DNA from: a virus
IMG/VR virus record: IMGVR_UViG_3300045988_129927
Length of the DNA stretch: 64,000 bases
Reading direction: 5' to 3' (one strand)
Each line of letters opens with the position of its first letter. Within the stretch, counting starts at the first letter, position 1. This document shows positions 43,876 through 52,418 of the stretch, piece by piece. A program made the position numbers and the translations under genes. The notes beneath the pieces are model-generated. The model was not told the origin of the DNA, did no database searches, and saw only the letters and a list, made by a program, of their open reading frames with translations.

Positions 43876-45054
43876 ATGTCAGATTCTGTACATAGTGTCG
43901 AAAAGTTCTTAGAGCAAGAACTACGCGAGGGTAGGCTAACAGGACTTTCCGAAAAATTTCTTACCAATACCGTTGATTTTATAGACCATCTTGTAAAAAT
44001 GAAACATGGTTTTAGTGTGTCAAGTGCAATGGCAGATACCTTTAAAGGTCCTAATATTCTTGCTAACACACCCATGATTAAACCAAATACCAATCAACCA
44101 GGTTATATCTTTACTACTCGACCAGATTTAAACTTATCTTCTGCCAATATTAAAATTGAAAGAAAGATGATGCCATTATTAACAGAGAATAAGAATTCTT
44201 TGATGCACGCTATACGAATGATTTTATCACCTCGTTTAGCAAAAAGAATGGAACAAATAGAATATGGTGGTTCATTAGGTAAAAGTGATTTACCACGACA
44301 TCCTAATTCTAATCTGGTTGACCCGAATTACCCTTTTATTGCTGTTTCTGATAACTTAGTAAAATCATTAACAGGATGGCCTTCTAGTGGTCTAGGTATT
44401 CACAGTACACCTGCCGGTGTTCTAAAAGAAGTACACATCATGGCAGATGGGCCTAGTACCTATAATACAGAATATAGTTTAAACTTAAGTTTACATGCCA
44501 TGAAAGGCAGTGCTACTTTATATCTGTATTACTATTGGATTCAATATATTGGTTTTGTCTTATATCAAACATATGGCATGATGCCATGGCCTGAATATTT
44601 AGGTAACGGCAGAATGGACTACACTTGTAGAATCTATCGCCTCATAATGGATGAGACCCGAACGTTCGTAGAAGAAATGGCTGCTACAGGATACGCAATT
44701 CCAAGAAGTGTAGACATTGGCCCTTACTTCGATTATTCTAATCCAAGTGAGAATCCTAGACCTTATGTTGATAGGTCTGTAGATGTTGAATTTGCTTGTT
44801 CTGGTGCGATTTATTTGGATGAGATTTTAATTAAGCAATTTAATAATACTGTGATATTGTTTAATCCAAATATGGCAAATGGATTACGTGAAAGATTCTA
44901 CGTTAAAGTATCTAAGAAATACCAGCCAATATTTAATAACTATTGTTATCCTAGAATTAATCCTATTTCACGTGAACTAGAATGGTGGACAACTAAGGAT
45001 ATGGTTAAAGCTAAGAAAGATGTTATTCTGTTAAGTAATATTGGTCCTTATTAA
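43876..45054 (+). CDS. hypothetical protein (392 aa)
   Basis: ORF preceded by TTTAGATAGAAAGGTTAAAAATAAA, an 18-nt box repeated at 49796. Confidence 0.7.
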   Translation: MSDSVHSVEKFLEQELREGRLTGLSEKFLTNTVDFIDHLVKMKHGFSVSSAMADTFKGPNILANTPMIKPNTNQPGYIFTTRPDLNLSSANIKIERKMMPLLTENKNSLMHAIRMILSPRLAKRMEQIEYGGSLGKSDLPRHPNSNLVDPNYPFIAVSDNLVKSLTGWPSSGLGIHSTPAGVLKEVHIMADGPSTYNTEYSLNLSLHAMKGSATLYLYYYWIQYIGFVLYQTYGMMPWPEYLGNGRMDYTCRIYRLIMDETRTFVEEMAATGYAIPRSVDIGPYFDYSNPSENPRPYVDRSVDVEFACSGAIYLDEILIKQFNNTVILFNPNMANGLRERFYVKVSKKYQPIFNNYCYPRINPISRELEWWTTKDMVKAKKDVILLSNIGPY

Positions 45055-45073
45055 TTATTAGAGGAATTAAAAA

Positions 45074-48000
45074 ATGACTGAAGCTATACATGCCGATTTA
45101 ATTTCGGATATTGTAGAAAATGTATCTAGCTATTCTGCTTCTCCAGCACGATTACAACGAGACGCATTAAAGACAATTCAAAAAGTATTAGACAATGAAC
45201 TCGGTATTATCTCAGCAGAAAACCCTGTTGCTTTATGTCTTGAAATGTCTGCCATGCAAACAGCAGGTGCGGTAAATAAAGCATGGTTATTGAATCGTAG
45301 ACAATATCCAGTATCTGCTCAAACCCACGAAGACTTATATTACCACTTAAGTGATTTAGACTGGGTAGGTGTATTTGGTTTACCTGCTAAAGCTAAGTTT
45401 GCTGTTTCGTTTGACTATGGTGAAATCCTACAAGTATTAAAACCTTTACCAGATGGTAGTGGTAACCTATTACGTATTCCACGTGGTATGCGTATCACTG
45501 TAGGTGAAGTTGACTTTATGTTAGACTACCCTGTTAATATTTTACAATTAAAACATGGTGGTTTTAGGGTAACTTACGATACTACTGAAAAATCGCCTAT
45601 TCAAACTCTGTCTAGTAATATTGCTTATCACGAAGTATCTCAAGCAATGGCAGGTGCAAAACGACTCTCTATTGTATTAGAGATGATTCAAGTACGTGAG
45701 ATTACTGTAGAAGACAATATCACGGCTAACATGAATATTACTCTATCTAAAACATTTGATGATTTCTACCACTATGCTCGAGTGTTCCATGGGGATGGTG
45801 TTTCCAAATGGAAAGAAATGGCTACCACTCATTGTCCTGATATTTACGATTTATATAAACCTACTGCTGTATTAAAATTAGTAGAGAATACAGAAGACTT
45901 TACACTCTCTATGTCTATTCCTAAAGTATATAACCAATCGACTAATCCGGCAGCAAGTCCTGTGGTCTCTGGTTCATTAGGTGGTCGTGTTAAATTAAAT
46001 ATCTATACTACTTTAGGTAAGATAGACATGAATTTAGATGCGTATACACTAGACCAATATAGTTACGACTTCTTCCCTCAAGGTTCTAAGAATCGTGACT
46101 ACAGTGAGTTAGATGAATTCAGTAGTGCGCTCACTTCTTTACATAGCGTAATCATCTTCAGTAGGGACTATGTTAACCAAGGTCGTGACCCATTGACATT
46201 TGAGGAATTACGTAGCCGTGTAATTAATAATACAGTAGGACCTAATGAAGTTCCTGTTAGTCATGTGGCGTTAACCGACCACTCTTTAGATAGTAGCTTT
46301 AAGATTATTAAATCTGTAGACTATGTTACTAACCGTGCTTATTGGGCAGTACGTGGTATGCCAAAACCAGAGAACTCTGATTTGATTACACCTGCCGCTG
46401 CTTCTATTGAAACACTGACGACGACTATTTCTGGTCTAGTAGGTACAGGTACTGTAAAAGACAATGAGAAACGTGTAACGATTATGCCTAACTCTATCTA
46501 TACCATGTACAATGGTAGGATGTCCATGTTAGACCATACTGAAATCAAACGTATCTTAGACTTGAGTGCTGAAAATAGAGCTAAGGAAGTCAACAGTAAA
46601 GAGATGTTCTACTCGCCATTTCACTATGTTGTCGATAATGAAGACGATACAGTGAAGTTACGTGCTTACTACTTAGATTCACCTAAAGCCATTACTAAAT
46701 ACTATAATGAAAGCAATAATAAGATTCCTATCTCATTGACTGTTTCTGATAAGTATAGTATTCGTCGTTCTGAAAATGGTTATATCATTCGTGTAGAGAT
46801 GAAGTCTAATTCTGACTATAAGAATTTACCTGATGATAGACTCTGGGCACAGTTGTTGGTTAAACCTTACCAAGATAAAAATGATGTTTATCTAAATGGT
46901 AGGTTAGTAGGTAAGAACAGTGATGAAGAACCTATTTTCGAATTTGAATTAGTGACTAATTTCGATTTAGATGACAACCATTGTTTAATTGTTAATAACT
47001 TGTCTTTAAAAGGTTCTAGTGATTTAGATATTCCTATTGAATTAGATAATAATTTTGAATTGTTATTTGGTTTTTATGGTAATGTAAATGGTTGGAGTCG
47101 CGTTACTTTAGATGATAAAGTAGGTATCCATTTATTGGAGAATGACGCTAAGGTTATCTTGAGTGAAAGTATTCGTATTCGTTTAGGACATCATCTAAAA
47201 TGGTTATGGTCTCGTGCCAGAACCTATGCTGATGAGGTTATCTATAAACGTTATACTGAAAACGTACCTATGTTATACGAAGAAGATGTATATGCTAAAG
47301 ACGCTGTGACTGGTTCTATTATTAACATTGTAGATGGTAAAGTTAAATACAACCTAGTACACCGTAAGGGTGAACAAATGACGGATAACGATGGTCAGTT
47401 GGTTTGGAAACATCGTCAAGGCGATATCATGTTGGACAATAATGGTCAACCTATTATTGATAGGCCTCGTGATATTATTCGTCGTTTAGAACTGATGGTG
47501 GTTGATGCTACTTACTGGTTTGCTACTGACGATATTGCAACAGAATATCGTAATGAATTAGTAGACTTGTTTATTGATTGGATTGTTTCTGACTTAACAC
47601 CGATTAATGAGAAAACACTGGAACAAACTGGTATCTACTATTATCCTTCAGCGACTATGGGTCAGTTAAAAGTAATGTATAACGAAGGTATTGAGACTTA
47701 TATCAATGCTGCACAATCGTTACAAATTAACTTAACTGTATCTCGTCAAGTATACAATAACATCGATGTGATTAATAAGATTAAAGAAGCTACTATTCGT
47801 GTACTGAATGAAGAAATCAGTAAAGAAACAGTTTCTGTTTCTACTATTGTTTCTAAGTTAGTAAAAGAACACGGCGATGATGTTATTGGTTTAACATTAG
47901 GTAACTTAGGTGGTAGTGACCGTATTATTTCATTTACTGTATTGGATGAAGGTAAGCGTGCTACTATTCGTAAGAAACTGACTATTCAATCAGATGAAAC

Positions 48001-48076
48001 ATTGTCTGTTGATGAAGACGTTACTTTCAACTTCAAAGTACATAGCAGCGAAGAAGAAAGAATTAAATCTCTATAA
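45074..48076 (+). CDS. large hypothetical protein (1000 aa), probably structural
   Basis: Long ORF with TAGAGGAATTAAAAA RBS. No motif recognised. Followed by the bidirectional terminator 48082-48117. Confidence 0.8.
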   Translation: MTEAIHADLISDIVENVSSYSASPARLQRDALKTIQKVLDNELGIISAENPVALCLEMSAMQTAGAVNKAWLLNRRQYPVSAQTHEDLYYHLSDLDWVGVFGLPAKAKFAVSFDYGEILQVLKPLPDGSGNLLRIPRGMRITVGEVDFMLDYPVNILQLKHGGFRVTYDTTEKSPIQTLSSNIAYHEVSQAMAGAKRLSIVLEMIQVREITVEDNITANMNITLSKTFDDFYHYARVFHGDGVSKWKEMATTHCPDIYDLYKPTAVLKLVENTEDFTLSMSIPKVYNQSTNPAASPVVSGSLGGRVKLNIYTTLGKIDMNLDAYTLDQYSYDFFPQGSKNRDYSELDEFSSALTSLHSVIIFSRDYVNQGRDPLTFEELRSRVINNTVGPNEVPVSHVALTDHSLDSSFKIIKSVDYVTNRAYWAVRGMPKPENSDLITPAAASIETLTTTISGLVGTGTVKDNEKRVTIMPNSIYTMYNGRMSMLDHTEIKRILDLSAENRAKEVNSKEMFYSPFHYVVDNEDDTVKLRAYYLDSPKAITKYYNESNNKIPISLTVSDKYSIRRSENGYIIRVEMKSNSDYKNLPDDRLWAQLLVKPYQDKNDVYLNGRLVGKNSDEEPIFEFELVTNFDLDDNHCLIVNNLSLKGSSDLDIPIELDNNFELLFGFYGNVNGWSRVTLDDKVGIHLLENDAKVILSESIRIRLGHHLKWLWSRARTYADEVIYKRYTENVPMLYEEDVYAKDAVTGSIINIVDGKVKYNLVHRKGEQMTDNDGQLVWKHRQGDIMLDNNGQPIIDRPRDIIRRLELMVVDATYWFATDDIATEYRNELVDLFIDWIVSDLTPINEKTLEQTGIYYYPSATMGQLKVMYNEGIETYINAAQSLQINLTVSRQVYNNIDVINKIKEATIRVLNEEISKETVSVSTIVSKLVKEHGDDVIGLTLGNLGGSDRIISFTVLDEGKRATIRKKLTIQSDETLSVDEDVTFNFKVHSSEEERIKSL

Positions 48077-48081
48077 GAAAT

Positions 48082-48117
48082 ATTACTCTACTACCCTTAA
48101 TTGGGTAGTAGAGTAAT
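48082..48117. terminator. bidirectional terminator between convergent genes
   Basis: 15-bp perfect stem (attactctactaccc / gggtagtagagtaat). Confidence 0.65.
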
Positions 48118-48122
48118 TATCT

Positions 48123-49748
48123 TTATGCTCTAAATTCTTCAGCTACTGTTTTACATTGTAAACCAAATTGGCGTACTAAGTTATTAATTTCTTCAGAGTA
48201 CGTTTCATTTGGTTCTGATTCGCTGTATTGACCTAAGAAGTCTAATACCAAAGCCATAGCATCTTTACAACTATTGTAGAATGTAATCAGTTGATTATAA
48301 GCAATAGTTTTAGTTAAGAATGAATAGCTAATATGTCGAATCACTTCTTTAGTTAAGTTATTCAGAACAGACAATGCTGCATAAGTATCATCATCTTGTC
48401 CTTTAACCATATTGTCTTTAATGGATTTAGTTAAGATGTTGTTATACCAATCTAAATAAAGTTTAGTACTACTTACTTCACTAATTAACAAACTAGAAGC
48501 ACCAACGATGGTGTGTTCTAATCTATTGAAATTAGAATTTAAGACTTGTAAACATTGTTTACCAAATAAACTTTTACCATCAGTATCTTTTACGATTGGT
48601 TTGAGTACTTCATCAATAGACTTACGATTCCAGTATTGATTAAATAACAATTTATTTACTGCATTAACGGTAATACCCATTTGTTTTTTCATGAGTGTAT
48701 TGGATTCAGAATTTCTTGTTTCTACCCAATCTGCAATACTATTATACAAATCACTTAATGCATTACCGCATTCGTCTAATTTTTCATTAAAGCATGGTTC
48801 GAAGATATCACCATTTAAATAGATAACATCCAATAGGTTGCTAATGCGGTCACTATTTACCATATAAGCCAAATAGGTGAATGGTGAATTAATGGTTTTA
48901 AAATTAGACTCAATAAATTGTTCTAGTGTTACTTTATTGACTTTAGGATTATCGTATTCATTGAATAAGAATGAATAACCCGCTATTTCTGGGTCTTGTC
49001 TGGTATACTCAGCTACACAATCGTGTCTTCTCTCTACTGCTTCTAATACGTCTTTATCGTAAATAGCGAGATTAATATCTTCACGAGCTTGTCGTTTCTC
49101 TTCTACTAATTGTGTGTAAATTTTATCTAGGATAGAACGAACAGAAGTTAGACGAAGTGATAGGCTTTCACCTTTACCGTATACTTTGCCTAATTTATCA
49201 TTAATAACCATAATCGCTTGAGGCTCTAAACTATCGCTTTCCATGGCTCTGTTATCACCATAGGTTAATAAACGCATGGCTGTGTTATAGTAATCCTTAG
49301 CTAATTTTTCATTAATGGCACATTCATTTGTACAGATTTGTTCTTGAATGGTTTCTTCAGTTTCAGTCAACAAATGATGGGAAGGTGTAGAAGTATATTC
49401 ACTCTCTCCTTCTAGTGGAATATCGGGTTGAATCTCAACCAATGTAGAACGGTCTTCACGAGAGATACAACCTTTATCTTTAATAAAGGCTAACATATTT
49501 TGTAAAGATTCGTTAGAAGATTCTATTTTAGCTACTTCATCTTCAGTATGTTCTACTTCTTTTAATTGTTCTACAGTATTGTTAATTGCTTCTGTAGGAG
49601 CATTTAGAATCTCTTCAATAGAAGTATTACTTTGATTAGTAGTAGGTTCAGTATCAGAAGATTGACCTGATGGTTCACTACTTTCTTTGTGTTGTTCAAC
49701 TGGGGTGGTGGTATCTACATCATCCCAAGAATACTTATTAATAGACAT
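48123..49748 (-). CDS. hypothetical protein with acidic Ser/Thr/Glu-rich N-terminus (541 aa)
   Basis: ORF starting MSINKYSWDD, with AAAAAGGAAACTGTT RBS. Confidence 0.75.
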   Translation of the reverse strand: MSINKYSWDDVDTTTPVEQHKESSEPSGQSSDTEPTTNQSNTSIEEILNAPTEAINNTVEQLKEVEHTEDEVAKIESSNESLQNMLAFIKDKGCISREDRSTLVEIQPDIPLEGESEYTSTPSHHLLTETEETIQEQICTNECAINEKLAKDYYNTAMRLLTYGDNRAMESDSLEPQAIMVINDKLGKVYGKGESLSLRLTSVRSILDKIYTQLVEEKRQAREDINLAIYDKDVLEAVERRHDCVAEYTRQDPEIAGYSFLFNEYDNPKVNKVTLEQFIESNFKTINSPFTYLAYMVNSDRISNLLDVIYLNGDIFEPCFNEKLDECGNALSDLYNSIADWVETRNSESNTLMKKQMGITVNAVNKLLFNQYWNRKSIDEVLKPIVKDTDGKSLFGKQCLQVLNSNFNRLEHTIVGASSLLISEVSSTKLYLDWYNNILTKSIKDNMVKGQDDDTYAALSVLNNLTKEVIRHISYSFLTKTIAYNQLITFYNSCKDAMALVLDFLGQYSESEPNETYSEEINNLVRQFGLQCKTVAEEFRA

Positions 49749-49817
49749 AACAGTTTCCTTTTTATTTCTATGAAAATGGTTTTACACTCATAGGTTTTAG
49801 ATAGAAAGGTTAATAAA

Positions 49818-49970
49818 ATGAATTTATTTGAAAATACAACCGAAGATGATTTTAAAACAGGTCCTCATTTTATTCCTAAACATAATGGTTTAAGTGAAGA
49901 AGAGCAGGCAAAGTTGGAAGAACTTCGTAAAAATTATATTGCTAGAAAATTAGCAGAAGCGAAAAAATAA
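49818..49970 (+). CDS. small protein (50 aa)
   Basis: Hand translation gives MNLFENTTEDDFKTGPHFIPKHNGLSEEEQAKLEELRKNYIARKLAEAKK. It has the same TTTAGATAGAAAGGTTAA box as the gene at 43876. Followed by the terminator 49985-50018. Confidence 0.5.
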   Translation: MNLFENTTEDDFKTGPHFIPKHNGLSEEEQAKLEELRKNYIARKLAEAKK

Positions 49971-49984
49971 AATTATTTACTATA

Positions 49985-50018
49985 ATTAGATACTCCTACA
50001 AGAGTAGGAGTATCTAAT
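49985..50018. terminator. bidirectional terminator between convergent genes
   Basis: 15-bp perfect stem (attagatactcctac / gtaggagtatctaat). Confidence 0.65.
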
Positions 50019-50028
50019 TTATTTAACG

Positions 50029-50517
50029 TTACTTACTAGAACCAGTAGCAAGGTTATAAGCAATACGTGCTACTTCTTTAACACCTTTACCTGTAGCTTT
50101 TGCTGCTTCTACTAAATCAGAACCTAAATCTCTCAATGCTTGTTTGCGATTTTCTTTACGTTCTTCTTTTTTAGCCTGTTTTTCTTGCTCTTTAGCTTCT
50201 TTATCAGCATGACGTTGTTCAATCTCTTCATCTGTTTCTTTGTTTAATGCTCTAGAATATTGAGCATTTTCAGCCTGCTCTTGATAAGCATTTTTAGCTT
50301 TAGCAAATTCAAAGAGACCTTCTACAGAAACTTCAGAAGAAAATAGTCCAGAACCTATATCTACATTAACTTCAATCTCAGAAGTATCTTCTCCTTCGAT
50401 TTCTATTTCATCAGAATCGACATAGGAATCGTCGGTGAATAAATCTAGGGGTATTTCACTGACGTTATTCTCTAAAGATAGAACAGGTGTTTCTAAATCA
50501 TCGTCAAAAATACTCAT
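50029..50517 (-). CDS. MSIFD-start acidic/basic bipartite protein (162 aa)
   Basis: Starts MSIFDDDLETP. The N-terminal half is acidic and the C-terminal half is a Lys/Glu/Arg-rich helix. Confidence 0.65.
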   Translation of the reverse strand: MSIFDDDLETPVLSLENNVSEIPLDLFTDDSYVDSDEIEIEGEDTSEIEVNVDIGSGLFSSEVSVEGLFEFAKAKNAYQEQAENAQYSRALNKETDEEIEQRHADKEAKEQEKQAKKEERKENRKQALRDLGSDLVEAAKATGKGVKEVARIAYNLATGSSK

Positions 50518-50530
50518 GCAGATACCCTCA

Positions 50531-50953
50531 TCATTCTTGGTTTAAACGATTAAAGATATTAACGATACCTGTTTTATTTTGTTTGAAAAATTCCAAAGTA
50601 TCTGCTGGGAAATAGCTTTCCGCATCAAACAGTACTGACAATAGAGAAGAACCATCATTGTTAATAGAGATAGGTCTATATTTAACATTGTACATCATGA
50701 TAAATAATTTCTTAGTCAAATCTACGCAATAACGGATATCTGTTAAAACGTTTTCATTAATTAAAGAAATTGTTTCAGAAACTGGTTTATAGACATATTG
50801 TAGATATGTATTTTCAGCAGTATCGTTGCCATCTACTGTATTAATATATTTTACAGATAGTGCCAAAGCCACAGCGAACGCTACGCCTTGTAATCTATTC
50901 TCTTGTTGAAAGTTAGAATCAGCAAGAGCACGAATATCTGAATATAAAGACAT
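50531..50953 (-). CDS. hypothetical protein (140 aa)
   Basis: Starts MSLYSDIRAL. AAAAAGGAATTAATT RBS. Confidence 0.65.
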   Translation of the reverse strand: MSLYSDIRALADSNFQQENRLQGVAFAVALALSVKYINTVDGNDTAENTYLQYVYKPVSETISLINENVLTDIRYCVDLTKKLFIMMYNVKYRPISINNDGSSLLSVLFDAESYFPADTLEFFKQNKTGIVNIFNRLNQE

Positions 50954-50966
50954 AATTAATTCCTTT

Positions 50967-52295
50967 TTATTTTAAATTTCTTAAATCATAAGCTGCAACA
51001 AATAAATTGTTAGAACTTAACTTTTCTAATTCTTTATAGAATTCTGTTTGAGACAATAGTCTACGTTTACTAGGTATAATCATATCTGCAAACGAACCAA
51101 TTAAAGATTTATATTCTTTATAGTTAGTTAAAACTTTATCAATGCGACTAATATCATCGCGGATACGTTTACCTATCGCCTTATCAATATTCTTATCCTT
51201 AAGCATGGTGACCATATCATTACGCATACGACCAAAACGATTGACTTCCGTGTCGTAGGTACCATCACCTGCATTAGATGTTGATTTAAAGATTTCAATG
51301 GTAATGATTAACCCAATAATACCAGGAAGAATCATTGCCATGCCAACGACAGTAAAAGCACTCATCATAAGCAAAACCATACCAGTGATGATTTCATTAA
51401 TAACAAAACCAGTCATTGTCATTGCAGACCTAACACCATATAACTGTAGGATTTTATTTAAACCAGATGATAGGTCGCCGCCTGCGCCACATCGTACTGC
51501 AAATTTGTCAGCTAAATGTTCTGCATTAATTTCTTCATACTCTCGTTGAGACATAAGTGTTTTTGTATCTTGAACATGGTTGGATACAATAGCTGTAACA
51601 ATAATTTCTTTTCGTTTACCAGATAGTTCTTTTGTATCTACTTTAGTAAGTGTGGTTTCATTACTATTCCATTGTTTTAAGATGATTTCTATCTTATCAG
51701 CATCTTCTGTTTTTGCAATTCGATTTAAAGTCCCTAGCATAGGTAGATTAATAGAATAAGTATGTGCAACCAATGCAAAGTAAGAGAACATATGTCCAAC
51801 TTCATGTAGGATAACTGCTGAAATTTCAGCAGGTGTCATTAACGCATTACTTTCGTAATAACCTGGCCACATCATGTCTGGACCAATAAATAAATCAACA
51901 ACAACATTCTTAAAGTCACCGCCGATTTTAAAATTCTTAATGTCTACAGAACCCCTAATGCTTCCTTGTTGTCTCTTTAATTCTTCATTATCGAAAAATA
52001 TTCTTTGATCAAAATCAATTAAAGTATGGTTTTTATTTAAATCAGGTGGCATCATTGCAAAACACCTGTGTTCTGCAGAAATATTTACACTAATACCTGT
52101 ATGCTTAGCAATCACATCTGTAATTCTTTTTTGTGCTTCTTTATTACGATAAAAAGTACGAGGTGTTTCTGTATCAATAATTATCTTTATTGCTTTTGTC
52201 AATTCTTCATGAAAACCTGATTTTATCATTGACCAGTTGTTTTCATTGACCATCATCTCGTTAGATAACTCTAACGACCCATCAAATAAACTCAT
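50967..52295 (-). CDS. MSLFD-start HExxH zinc-metalloprotease-like membrane protein (442 aa)
   Basis: Starts MSLFDGSLEL. VILHEVGHMFSY is an HExxH motif. Two or three hydrophobic segments lie near residues 290-335 (FVINEIITGMVLLMMSAFTVVGMAMILPGIIGLIITIEIF). Confidence 0.65.
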   Translation of the reverse strand: MSLFDGSLELSNEMMVNENNWSMIKSGFHEELTKAIKIIIDTETPRTFYRNKEAQKRITDVIAKHTGISVNISAEHRCFAMMPPDLNKNHTLIDFDQRIFFDNEELKRQQGSIRGSVDIKNFKIGGDFKNVVVDLFIGPDMMWPGYYESNALMTPAEISAVILHEVGHMFSYFALVAHTYSINLPMLGTLNRIAKTEDADKIEIILKQWNSNETTLTKVDTKELSGKRKEIIVTAIVSNHVQDTKTLMSQREYEEINAEHLADKFAVRCGAGGDLSSGLNKILQLYGVRSAMTMTGFVINEIITGMVLLMMSAFTVVGMAMILPGIIGLIITIEIFKSTSNAGDGTYDTEVNRFGRMRNDMVTMLKDKNIDKAIGKRIRDDISRIDKVLTNYKEYKSLIGSFADMIIPSKRRLLSQTEFYKELEKLSSNNLFVAAYDLRNLK

Positions 52296-52418
52296 TTTAA
52301 CTATCCTTTTAGTATAACGTTATACGGTGTTCTCATATTATCTTTCGTTTTATTTGGCTAATATATATTTTTGCATTTAAAAAAATATGAATAGACTTGA
52401 CTTTTAAAGGAAAAGAAA

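Noticed and set aside
43839-44093. N-terminal 85-residue extension of the ORF at 42585 (track coordinates 42585-44093).
   Set aside because: The extension overlaps the divergent plus-strand gene starting at 43876 and has no RBS. The internal ATG at 43838 has AAAAAGGAA at the right spacing.
45074-48076. Calling the 1000-aa ORF (or the 392-aa and 417-aa neighbours) portal, major capsid or sheath protein.
   Set aside because: Size and position are suggestive, but I could not recognise any family motif by eye. Naming it would be a guess.
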